Shown: positions 11,401 through 22,834 of the stretch, one piece after another
How the letters are laid out: the number at the start of each line of letters is the position of its first letter
How positions within the stretch are numbered: the first letter of the stretch is position 1
Source of the DNA: Wallemia ichthyophaga EXF-994
Taxonomy: Eukaryota > Fungi > Basidiomycota
Length of the DNA: 32,000 nt
NCBI RefSeq assembly: GCF_000400465.1
Contig: NW_008806288.1
Coordinates: 210,001 to 242,000, forward strand
Reading direction: 5' to 3'
Notes under the pieces: generated by a model
The model's database searches: none
What the model saw: only the letters and a program-made list of their open reading frames with translations
What the model was told of the DNA's origin: nothing
Position numbers and translations under genes: made by a program

Positions 11401-14400
11401 GACCTTGGGCTGGTGCAGAAGCGCTCCGATATCGTCCACACTGCCGCTGTTCAATTAGATAAGGGAGGTTTGGTGAAGTATGATCGCAAGTCTGGAATAC
11501 TACAAGGTACTGAATTGGGTAGAATCGCTTCCCACTTCTACATCACAAATACTTCCATGGCTGCTTATATGAAGAATCTCCGTCCGACGATGAGCTTGAT
11601 TGAGTTGTTCAGAGTGTTTGCTTTGTCCAATGAGTTCAAACTCATTCCAGTACGTCAGGAAGAGAAGCTCGAGTTACAAAAATTGATGGAGAGAGTCCCG
11701 ATACCCGTAAAGGAATCAGTCGATGAGCCAGCCGCCAAAATCAACGTGCTTCTGCAAGCATTTATCAGTGATTTAAGATTAGATGGTTTGGCATTAGTTA
11801 GTGATATGGTCTTTGTTCAACAGTCAGCTGGTCGTATCATAAGAGCTATTTTTGAAATTTGCTTGAAGAGAGGCTGGGCAGCGCTCACGCGTGATGCGCT
11901 GGATTTGTGCAAGATGATCGACAAGAAGTTATGGAAAACGATGACTCCACTTCGTCAATTTAAGGGTATTCGCCAAGATGCATTCCAGGAAGTCGTCAAA
12001 AAAGCTGAAAGAAAGGAATTTCCGTGGTACAGATACTTTGATCTTGATCCACCAGAACTTGGCGAGTTAATCGGTAATCCTAAAGCTGGAAAATTAGTGC
12101 ACAAGATGGTACACTCGTTCCCAAAGCTTAACTTGCAAGCCAATGTTCAACCCATCACAAGGTCGTTGCTTAGGATCGACCTCAGCATTCAACCTGATTT
12201 CGAGTGGGATGAGAAGAATCACGGTACTTCCGAGCTTTTCTGGATTTTAGTTGAAGATGTCGACGGCGAGATTATTCTTTTCCACGACACTTTCCTTCTG
12301 CGCGAGAGATACTCACAGGATGAACACTACGTCACTTTGACTGTGCCAATGTCAGAGCCTATACCGCCAAATTACTATGTTACAGTGATGAGCGATAGAT
12401 GGTTGCATTCAGAGACGACGCTGCCAGTCTCATTCAAGCACCTCATTTTGCCAGAGAAGTTCCCACCTCCAACCCCTCTTCTTGATCTGCAACCATTGCC
12501 GATATCAGCGCTGCACAACAAAGCCTACGAGAACATTTACACTCCATCAAATGACAACGAATATGCCATCGAGTCATTCAATAAAATCCAGACGCAAGTA
12601 TTCCAAGCTCTTTACACCTCAGATGATAGCGTCATTATTGGCGCTCCTACTGGATCTGGAAAGACAATTTGTGCAGAGTTTGCTTTGTTGAGATTCTGGC
12701 AAAAGAGCGGGTCTTCTAGAGCGGTTGTCATTGAGCCATTCGATGATGTCGTTAGCCAGAGAGTGGATGAGTGGTCGCAGAAGTTTAGTCGTCTTGATAA
12801 AGAGATAGTCGGATTGACTGGTGATATGTCTGCTGACTTGAAGTTGTTGGAGCGCGGCGATGTTATTATAGCAACTCCTCAACAGGTGAGTAAAAATCAA
12901 TAAACACGCTTATGCGTACTAAAGGCTTGCTAAAGTGGGATATGCTTTCACGTAGATGGAAGCAGCGCAAGAATGTCCAAAACATAGGTCTCTTTGTTGC
13001 TGATGAAGTTCAACTCATTGGCCAGCCTGATATCGGACCAACTTACGAAATCATTGTGTCGAGAATGAGATACATCGCCGCACAAACTGAAAATCCCACT
13101 CGTATTGTTGCTTGTTCAGTCTCACTATCTAATGCGAAGATTATCGGTGATTGGATCGGTGCTGGCTCACAAGGTATTTTCAACTTCTCACCAAGGTGTG
13201 TATTGTGTATGTTGGAGAATCTCCACTAACGAAACCCAGCTCTCGTCCACTGCCAATGGAGGTTCATTTGCAAAATTACTCAACGCCTCACTTCCCATCA
13301 TTGATGCTGTCGATGGCCAAGCCAGCTTACTTGTCGATTACTGAATGGGCAGCTAGCAAGTCCGTCATTGCATTCGTACCATCTCGCAAGCAGTGCTACC
13401 TCACTTCTCAAGATATTCTCACTTACTGCCAAGCTGATGGTAGTGACAGGAGATTCTTAAACATTGAGTTGTCAGAACTTGAACCACACTTAGAGCACGT
13501 TCAAGACGAGGAATTGAAAGAGGTTTTGAAATACGGTATTGCATACTACCATGAAGGTCTATCTAAGCAGGACAAGGTTATAGTAGAGACGCTCTACAAT
13601 GCCAACGCTATACAGCTTGTCATAGCATCGAGAGATGTCGCGTGGTCAATCCCAATGAGATGTTTCATGGTTATTATTATGGGTGTTCAAGCATTCGACG
13701 GTCGTGAGCATCGCTACGTCGACTATCCAGTCACCGACATTCTCCAAATGATTGGCCGTGCATCGAGACCAGCTCAAGATAGCACATCCAAATGTGTATT
13801 CATGTGTCAATCATCTCGCAAAGACTATTTCAAGAAGTTCCTGGCTGAGCCCCTTCCAGTAGAATCACACCTGAAATACGTTCTCCCAGATCACTTCAAT
13901 GCCGAGATTGTGACCAAGACTATTGAGAACAAGCAGGATGCTATTGATTATCTCACTTGGACTTACTTCTATAGACGTATGCAGTCTAATCCTAACTTTT
14001 ACGAGTTGTCAGGTACTTCACACGCTCATCTTTCTGACTCGCTTTCGGAGCTTGTTGAAGATACGCTAAACCAGCTGGTTGAAGCTAAGTGTATTACTAT
14101 TGAGGATGAGATGGATACCCTGCCACTCAACTTGGGTATGATCGCTAGTTACTACTACATTTCATCATTCACCGTGGAAACTTTCCAATCTTCACTTAAG
14201 GCTACTACTAAGCTGAAGGGTATTTTGGAAATCGTCGCTAGTGCCGCTGAATTTGAATTGGTACCTATTAGAAAGGGAGAGGTAGGTAACTTTTTGCGTA
14301 TGAAATGAATATTGATGAACAATTCAAGGCCAACATTCTTCGCAGATTATATGACAGAGTTCCCGTGAAGCTTGATCGTATCGATTTTGAGTCACCTTAC

Positions 14401-15233
14401 TTTAAGACATTCGTACTCCTCCAAGCACATTTCAGCAGGTTACAATTACCAGCTGATTTATTACAAGACCAAGCAGAGGTATTGAAGAGAGTGCTGAATT
14501 TGCTTTCGGCAGCTGTGGACGTAATGTCTAGTAATGGATACTTGGGTGCGATTGGAGCGATGGATCTCTCGCAGATGGTTGTACAAGCTATCTGGGATCA
14601 AGATGTCTCTATCAAGCAAATACCACATTTCAATGAGCAAATCATCTCAAGAGGTAAAGAAATGCAGATTGAGAGTGTATATGATATTATGGAGATGGAA
14701 GATGAAGATAGGTCCAAGTTGTTGGCTGGATTAGACAAGTTTAGGGTACAAGATGTAGCCAAGTTTGTCAACAACTACCCATCTATTGATGTGGAGTACG
14801 ATATCGACACTAAGCAGGATATGAGAGCTGGTGAACCAATACCACTCACTGTTAGATTGAGTCAGGATGTCGAGGAGGATGAGGAAGTAGACCAGAGTGT
14901 AATGGCACCATTTTACCCATTGCACAAGATGTGTAATTGGTGGTTAGTTGTTGGTGACACGAGATCTAAATCACTCCTGGGTATCAAGAAGGTATCGGTT
15001 GCGAAATCACTCAATGTCAAGTTAGACTTCCAGTTAGAAGAGGAGGGTACATATAAGGATGTCAAGTTGTATTTGATCTGTGATAGTTACAGCGGATGTG
15101 ACCGTAAGTGTTAAAATTTTTAGCATAGTTTAAACTAATAAGTAATCACACAGAGGACTTCCAATTACCTGAATTAGAGGTGCAAGAAGGATTAGAATCA
15201 GATGAAGATGAAGATGAACAAATGTCAGAGTAA
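8460..15233 (+). CDS. BRR2: U5 snRNP 200 kDa RNA helicase Brr2
   Basis: Exons 8460-8477 (18-nt micro-exon MSGKEN), 8521 (or 8518)-10047, 10093-12885, 12936-13195, 13240-14281, 14329-15103, 15154-15233 (about 2165 codons). N-terminal [12 protein letters not shown] motif, PWI-like region, APTGAGKT, DEIH, SATL, two Ski2-like helicase cassettes each followed by a Sec63 unit. Confidence 0.97.
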
Positions 15234-15361
15234 AATTTTTTGCTAAGTTATAATTTAATTTCAAATATAAGTGTGTATAGCTGTTATCGTTTGATTTGGC
15301 TGTGAAAGAATGTTCAAGTGTATCGTGCTCGTCGCGGCAACTGAGTAAGGGCAGGGCGGTA

Positions 15362-15393
15362 CGGAGATAAATGAACGAAATGACGATGAGTCA
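15362..15393 (+). promoter_or_regulatory. HGATAR site (CGGAGATAA 15362-15370) and Gcn4/AP-1-like TGAGTCA (15387-15393) upstream of the GATA factor
   Basis: Exact motif matches about 90-120 bp upstream of ATG 15481. Function is not demonstrated. Confidence 0.35.
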
Positions 15394-15480
15394 AGTTGCC
15401 TTTGAAACTAATACAGTGTCGTACATGATAGTATATCGCAATAATATAAGGCTATCTGCTCTCGATCAACAACCATCATC

Positions 15481-17770
15481 ATGTCGAGTGGGAGCGGAAG
15501 CAAGCCCAACTTTGTTTTGAAGTTTAAGGTGAGTATGCTGATGTGTATATATGACATATTTCCAATTAAAATCCAGGGAAACAAGAGCTTTAGCCCTTTC
15601 CTGAATATCAATGATGAGGATACACTGATCGAGATCTGGAGATGCTCAACGAAGATCAAGGGTCACTTGGAGAGGTAATTGAATATAAAACCTTAGAATT
15701 ATCACGCTGATTCCGATTAGTGGCCATAGAATGGAGAACCTGAGCTGGAGACTGCTGTATATGCATAATTTACTAGTAGACGATAATAAATCTGCAAAGG
15801 GTTTTAAGAAACTTTCAAAGAACGCTTCAGAGAAACTGAACAACGAGAAGAACGTCGAGTTATCCGATCTCAAAGCACCGAAATTTCAGAGGAACAACAG
15901 CTCAGATTTGGTTTTGAAAAAGGGTCATGAGAGGTCTACAAAGCTAGATACATCAGACAGTACACAAGAAGACCCTTTTAATCTGGATTTGGACTCGATA
16001 CCTGGATTTGAGAATATATTTGATCAGCCACTCATTCCCCATTCACAGCAGGCGCAGCATTCACAGCAGTTACAACAGTCACAGCATTCCCACTACTCAC
16101 ACTCTAACACTGAATCCCATGATCATCACCTACAGTCAGATCAAACACAAGAACCACAGAATTACAGCTATCAAGATCCGCAATTGCAGCCGACACAGAG
16201 TTACCAAGATTCATCCTCAAAGCCAAGCTGTAGTAATTGTGGAGCACTCTCAACACCACTCTGGAGAAGGTCTACGGATGATCAACTACTTTGCAATGCA
16301 TGTGGTTTATATTTGAAGTTGCACAAAAGCCATAGACCTAAATCACTCAAGTCGAGTAGATCATCTATACATGCACATCCTCCTGGGGAATGGTCGAATT
16401 ACAAAATGGACTTTGACTTAAGTAGTAACCCTTCAATATCGTGCGCAAATTGCGATACAACAAGGACTCCTTTGTGGAGGAAAGCTGAGAATGGACAGAC
16501 GCTATGCAATGCGTGTGGATTATATCTGAAGTTGCACAAATCTCAGAGACCTCTATCGATGAAGACGGATACGATCAAGAAACGTACACGATATGACCCC
16601 ATTGATAAGAACGGCAAGTTTAATTCGTTCGAAAGATCGCCGAATGGGTCACCGATGGTTTCTAGGATGTCTTCTCCCGTAAGGGAGCTCACACAGTCTG
16701 CGCTGGCTGGCATAGGATTACCCATACCTGGTTTCGGGAATGTACACCAACAGTCAAACCAGCAAAAGATGGAGGCGACAAATTATGAGAGCTTGAATGA
16801 TGTGAACAATCCAGCAGCGTATGAAGTAGATTTTGATAATGCTACTATTCCCGCTGTTGCGTCGTCTGCCCCATCGTCCACATCTGGAACTGTATCAAAC
16901 TCACTCAGGAAGGAAGGAATCGAAATACCTAAGCGTCGGAGACTCACCAATGATAGCTGTCTATCAGCATTACAACCGATGACTCCTGTAAACACACCAG
17001 GTAATCCAGCAAACCCAATACCACCACAATTTAGTCAACCGCAACCGCAATCGTTTACACCAAACAACACACCACCATTTCACACCCCAAGCAGTTTATC
17101 TAATATAGAACCAACGAACTTAGGAAACACATCGATGGGAAGTTCACCTTATACCACGTATGGGGGGGTGATGCAGTCTTCCACCAGAGCGTCTAGTCTA
17201 GATCTACCCTTCGAGCAGCAGATGTCGTTCGATCAACTCAATTTTGAGAGACGATCTTTTGACGCCGATGGGAGTGCGACATTCGGTGGAGCACCGGCAG
17301 GTCAACCGGCAGCAGTTCCACCGGGTCAAAGCTCAGCTCCGACGCCCGGAGAACATCAGAGAGCACCGCATTCATTTGAAAGTCGGCCCTCGTATGAGCA
17401 TACCAATTCATTCGACTCTGGCTCATTGTCGTCAGCCTCAATGCCATTCACAACAGCATCACAGATAGATCAATTGGGGCAGCATAATTTTGCAACACCA
17501 GCTTCAGCTACATCTAGCCAACCGATGTCGCTCCATAGCAGTTCAGATCAGCATCAAAACAGTTCGCATAACTTTAATGCTCACCATGCAGGGACCAGTT
17601 CACAGCAGCAAATGATGCCACCACAGCAGATATTCGGACATCATCAGCTGCAGCATAATGATCATAATTACGACTTCGGATTATTTGGGGGTGATTTCAA
17701 TACGAATGATATATTAGGGCATCATCCTAAGGGATTAGGGATTGATATTGATGGAACTGGATTTAGATAG
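15481..17770 (+). CDS. GATA transcription factor with N-terminal DUF1752 (AreA-type) motif and two C-x2-C-x17-C-x2-C zinc fingers
   Basis: Exons 15481-15528, 15577-15674, 15721-17770 (2196 nt). Splicing restores IWR...K......[12 protein letters not shown]. Fingers at 16229-16303 and 16442-16516, each followed by GLYLKLH. Q/H/S/P-rich low-complexity regions. Confidence 0.92.
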
Positions 17771-17910
17771 TATTGTATTTTTCGTTGATAGAGATTCTTT
17801 CATTTGTATTACTAAACACAGCAACATTTATACCTTTCAATTGATAGTGTGCTAATATGAGGGCTAAAGTGTGCGCACGCTAAGAGTTTAAACGATCGTA
17901 GCAGCGATGG

Positions 17911-17919
17911 CGGAGATAA
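17911..17919 (+). promoter_or_regulatory. CGGAGATAA (HGATAR) upstream of guanine deaminase
   Basis: Same 9-mer as upstream of the neighbouring GATA gene, about 150 bp before ATG 18072. Confidence 0.3.
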
Positions 17920-18071
17920 GCAGGTATAGCGAGTAACCAGCGGAACCATTTCGTCCGTGCGCTTTGTTCTTCGATTTAATTTAACTGATTTGCACGGAAT
18001 ATCGCTATGCTAAGACCGATGCATGCGTTTTATATCGTTCAGTCTTCTGGAATTCTCTGAGGTTGAAAACA

Positions 18072-19496
18072 ATGATATACGTATTTCCTTTAATACACGC
18101 CTTAGACGTGGATAGACTGGAGTACATCCAACGGGCAGCCATCGAGGTCAATCATTCTGGCACGATCACCAAAGTAGAACATCTTAAAGAAGATGAGAAC
18201 ATAGACGGTGACGATGTCGTGCATGCTCATCCTAATGAGTTCTTGGTACCAGGATTCGTCGATACGCACTCGCACGCACCACAATTCTCTAACATTGGCT
18301 TCGGTTTCAACCTCGAGTTGTTGGACTGGCTCAGTCAAGTAACGTTCCCAACTGAATCCAACTATCAAGATGCACAAGTTGCGCAGATTGATTTTGCTAA
18401 AGTCGTTGAAGCCACCCTCTCAGTCGGTGTGAGTGGGGTATTAGTTGCGCTGGAATGAAGATACTTAATGTCTATAACAGACTACTACGTGCTCATACTA
18501 TTCAAGTCTGCATCTAGACGCTACCAAGATCCTCGCAGCTACTTGTCATTCCAAAGGTGGGCGTTTCCGTTTGTTTGTGATGACAACGTACTAAACATTC
18601 ATTCAGGACAGCGTGCACTCGTTGGGAAAGTTAATATGGACAGTCATTGTCCAGATTATTATAAAGATGAATCACCAGAGGTCTCAATGGCTCAAACAAA
18701 AGAATACGTGGATTACGTCAGAAACAATCTGAAATCTGCTATAGTTCATCCAATAATCACACCTCGATTCGCTATTTGCTGTTCACCAGAACTGCTCGAA
18801 CAAATGGGGGAATACCTCAAGGACGAGAATCTACATATCCAGACACACCTATGTGAAAATAAGGGTGAGATAGATTTCACCATGTCTTTATACCCGAATG
18901 ATGAATCTTACACCCACATCTATGCCAATAGAGGTATATTGTCAGACAGAACGATACTTGCACACTGTTGCCATCTCACTAACAGTGAAATGGATCTCAT
19001 TAAGCAATATGACTGCGGTATAAGTCATTGCCCAACTTCCAATTTTAATCTGCGTAGCGGTATAACAGATGTGAATCAATTGCTGACTGACGGAATTACC
19101 AAAGTTGGTTTGGGGAGTGATTGCAGTGGTGGCTACGAAGCAGGTATACTTCAGTCACTCAGGGATGCTTCGACTGCCAGTAAGGCTCTATCTATCTTTC
19201 ACAATAAACCTACGTATCTCAGTCTAGAAAAGTTATTCTATCTCGCTACGTTGGGAGGAGCCCGCGCCCTTGACTTAGAAAAGCAGATCGGTAATTTCAT
19301 AGTGGGCAAGCAGTTCGATGCTCTGGTCATCGACCCACTCACAATCGCCAATAAATCCCTCATTGATTCAAGTAAACAGTCTTATATATCACCATTAGAC
19401 AGACTGAAGCGCAACTTTGAAAGATGGCTGTTCGCAGGTACGTCTGCTAATCTTCAGGCTGTATTTGTGGATGGCAAAAATATCAATATCAAGTAG
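18072..19496 (+). CDS. GUD1: Guanine deaminase (amidohydrolase superfamily)
   Basis: Exons 18072-18428, 18481-18556, 18607-19496 (1323 nt). Motifs PGFVDTHSHAPQ, LLDWL, GTTTCSYY, GQRALVGKVNMD, ITPRFA, QTHLCEN, LAHCCHL, HCPTSN, GLGSDCSGG. Confidence 0.93.
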
Positions 19497-20519
19497 ATGC
19501 ACACTTTAGATAAGATAGTATTTTCCATCTTGAGCAAATTCCTGGATCGAGTGTGCCTTGGTATGTAAACTCTTTTGTTGTGTTGTCGACAATGTCCCAT
19601 TCGGTTATCCCCCTCTCATCCGGAACTAAGCCGTATTCTTTTGCCAGTCTGAAGAACTTGGCGAGTGCTAAAACTGTAAGACATATTCACCACTCAAAAC
19701 AACGCTTACGTGGCCTGTTGGTGTGGAAGCCTGCTATGATGACTACACGTGAACTTTCATCTTGCTTGTCGATTGTCGCGGTGAGACTTGAGATAATAAT
19801 TGTGAATGAAAGCAACACAAAGCTCGCCTGCCTACCTTTTGAGCAGATTCTCGAGCTGGTCGCTCATCCAGAGCGTATCAGCACAGAGGATGAGGTTGAA
19901 TTTACGACCATCGCTGTGGAGCGATAAGGGTGGTTTGTGAGTGTAAGTTGACTACCCACGGAATCAATGGGGCCACGTCCTGTCCCCAGATATGACCCAC
20001 GACATCCACATTCCGCACCGAGTTCGCTGTGACGTTCCGACGGAGGTTGTCGATCAGATAGTGATCATCGTAGTCAGAGCACACGACGTGCGGACTACCT
20101 TTTAAAGCAGAAAGAAGAGAAGGCAATCCTGTACCTGCACCAAATTCCAAGACACGCTTATTCGATAAGTTATGAAATGGACCTCTGCCATCACAGATCA
20201 TGTCACACAGATAAAGACCGCTATCCCATTGCATTTGACTAAATAGACCGTTTGTTGGTTGGTCTGGTATACGCATGTCGAGAGTCTTCCACGGACTCTA
20301 CTGGTTGATTAATAAGCACTGTATTGAGTCAAGTGTTTTGACTTGCTTTGAAGGTAAATTTGGCTCCAGGTTCACCTTGACTGGGCTGCGAGCGTCAGGA
20401 TTGCAAATGGATCCGTCGAATGAGCACACCTGATGATGACCGAAGATGGATTCAAGCGAGTCGCTGAAGAGATCTTCAGAAACCCCTGACTCTTCATGGA
20501 AGTCAGCCCTATTCGACAT
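19489..20519 (-). CDS. NNT1: Seven-beta-strand SAM-dependent protein methyltransferase, NNT1/EFM7-like (METTL21 family)
   Basis: Exons 20519-20430, 20385-20347, 20297-19960, 19913-19836, 19786-19710, 19667-19489 (801 nt). Motifs QWDSGLYL, VLEFGAGTGLPSL, VVCSDYDD, GHIWG, LILCADTLW, AGFHT. Confidence 0.85.
20298..20346 (-). other. GC-AG intron (GCAAGT donor) with tandem CAGTAG acceptor, methyltransferase intron 2
   Basis: This is the only splice that keeps ...KFTFK|SPWKTLDMRIPDQP in frame. The GT at 20342 does not restore frame with either AG. Confidence 0.75.
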
Positions 20520-20592
20520 AGCGTGATGAAAGATGGTGTTCGAGTTTGATAAGAAAGGCACAGAAAGGCACAAAGTGGAGTTTAAATACATG

Positions 20593-21541
20593 TCAGCTAA
20601 ATCCGAATCCTTTTACAGGCGCATTTTCCATCAAATCATCAAATTTACTCTCCTCCATCTTCTTTGTCCATTCTCGCGGTATCGGTGCCTCTACTTTTAC
20701 TTGCTCTTTGTGGGCTTTGCCTGATCTGCTTTTGTAGAATCTCTGTAGTGATAGTGAGCGAAAGAATGCCTGTGCATTGTCGCATACCTCAAATTCAACT
20801 GAACGGGCGTGCAGATGAACGACACTGGACGATTTGGTTGATTTTGACTGTCCATACAGCCTGTCACCGAGAATAGGCCATCCAAGTACATGAGATGCAT
20901 GCAGCCTTATCTGATGCTTGCGTCCTGTTTGTATAACGAACTTGCACAATCCGACGCAAGTCTCCGGCTGGGTTTAAGTTTTCTAAGAATTCTGTTGGAA
21001 GGGCTGATAGCAACGCACATTATATCGCAGCACCTGCCATTTCGTAAAGGCTTTTTTATCCCCACCTATATAAGGTCTGCCTGTGCTGGACAGGGAGATT
21101 GGATCTTGGACTACACCTTGATCGTGATATACTCTATCCATGTTTTCGACTAGTCCCCAGTACTCCTTTGTTATTTTGTTGTTGGCTAGTGCGCTGCTGA
21201 ATTGCTTCGCTGCTCTCTCTGTTCTACCGAGCATCAGGCAACCTGAAGTAGTGTAATCGAGTCTATGCAGTGGCTTTGGAGGGTAATCAAAGTCGAATTT
21301 GAGATCTGAGCGAGTTGAATGAACTTCTATCGCTTCTATCGGATCCAATTCACCCACCGTCCAAATAATTTTCAATTGATAGCCTCTATATATGTTATGT
21401 CAGTATACACGCGCAGCTATGATAAAGACCGCGCACACTGTGATTTCCAGCTTGGCTTAGCATACCAGGTAACTTATTTACCACTAGAATCAAATTATCC
21501 TTGAAAATCACATTCAGTCTTGGCTTGATAATGGACGTCAT
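20593..21541 (-). CDS. RluA-family pseudouridine synthase (Pus5-like, possibly mitochondrial rRNA)
   Basis: Exons 21541-21437, 21385-21358, 21305-21019, 20967-20788, 20742-20593 (750 nt); an in-frame upstream ATG exists at 21574. Motifs VVNKLPG, catalytic HRLD, KEYWGLV, TGRKHQIRLH, PILGDRLYG, HLHAR. Confidence 0.88.
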
Positions 21542-21669
21542 ATTCAAACAAGGTTTTGTACAACAGGATATCATTTGTACACCAGAGAAGGTAAAATTGA
21601 GAAATTGGAAATTATCTTTGTCATAATTGAATGTGGTATATGTGATATACGTGTATATACTTGTATATT

Positions 21670-22523
21670 CTAACGCTTGCGTGAGTTGGATGCACAAGTT
21701 GATGATCTTCTCCTGCTTTGAGTCTTTGAGTCTTTATCATGTACTCTAAGGTGCTGATACATCTGTGAACAGCTTCAGTTATTAATTTAATCCTATTAAA
21801 CACACTCACGTTATCTAACCGGGTGAATCTCTTGTTACACCCAGCATCTAAACATTCAAATGGTTTCTCGTCTCTATGTAAGCTCTTGATATGTCTCTTG
21901 AGATGCTCGTTCCTGACAAATACCTTCTGACAGCGAGCATCTGGACATTTAAACACGCGCTGATTGTCTTGCGTAGGCACTCTCCGTCCTCTACTACGCT
22001 TAGTAATATCCGTGTCAACCATTGGCGTTGGTGACTTTGCTCTAGGGTGACTATAAGCTGACTGTCCCCGTTTGGCTGAGGTACCGTGCTCGGCATGTGC
22101 ACAACCCCAATCGTCATCATCGTCGAAATCTCCTTCAACGAAATCATCAGCGTAGTCATCGTCATCTAATTCTTTCTCATCCAAGCTATTTTCTTCCTGT
22201 TGCTCGTATCTTGGACATGTGATAGTCACGCCGTTATCGTCAGTCAAACGCAAGCCGAGATCGAAATCGAGTGGAGGCGGTACAGTGATATGTGATGGAT
22301 TGATGGATAACTCATTCATTGGTATAGACGATGGCAGTGATCTGCTGTTATTAAACGTTGTCTCCCGCCCGAGTATGTTTATCGGCGGCAATGAGGAGCT
22401 GTACTCTGGTGGGCTATCCACGCCCATTGACGATAGACTGTAGTTGTTGGATGCATTCGTTGATGGCGACCAAAGCAAATCGTCATTCGGCTGCCTGTAG
22501 TCTGTGTACTTTTCCGCGCTCAT
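21670..22523 (-). CDS. C2H2 zinc-finger transcription factor, Msn2/4-Seb1 type (STRE-binding family)
   Basis: Exons 22523-21810 and 21762-21670 (807 nt). Two fingers: FKCPDARCQKVFVRNEHLKRHIKSLH-RDEKPF-ECLDAGCNKRFTRLDN|MYQHLRVH. The second finger is completed only after splicing. Confidence 0.88.
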
Positions 22524-22834
22524 AGATTAGCGTGATTAGCGTGATGATAGGATAATTCAAAGAAAATTAAATGCAATTAATTCCGATTTTCCTTTCCTGT
22601 TTACCAAATCGGCCAAGTCAAGCCGAGGTTCTTGATTTCCTATCGTTCTGTCTCTCAATCCCAGACACGTGCTGTGCTTTGGGAAAATTTGACTTTATTC
22701 ATGCATATGTCAAAGAAATTTGTGATTTCTTCGAATTTATTGATTCTAATTGACATTTTTTACTTAAGCCGCGGTATTTATCACAATACAAACTCATCTA
22801 GGTGAAAATATGCATAGTTATTGTACAACATTCG

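Noticed and set aside
12540-13100. Second BRR2 helicase cassette has DEVQ instead of DExH
   Set aside because: The C-terminal cassette of Brr2 is known to be catalytically inactive, so this is normal.
15336-15400. Inverted repeat GGCAACT...AGTTGCC upstream of the GATA gene
   Set aside because: The 7-bp arms with a ~50-nt loop are too weak to call a hairpin, terminal inverted repeat or RFX site.
22524-22834. AT-rich 310-bp intergenic region with (GATTAGCGT)x2 and a 60-aa plus-strand ORF
   Set aside because: No tRNA or snRNA structure is recognisable and the ORF has no motif; consistent with the UBA3 3' UTR plus the C2H2 gene promoter.
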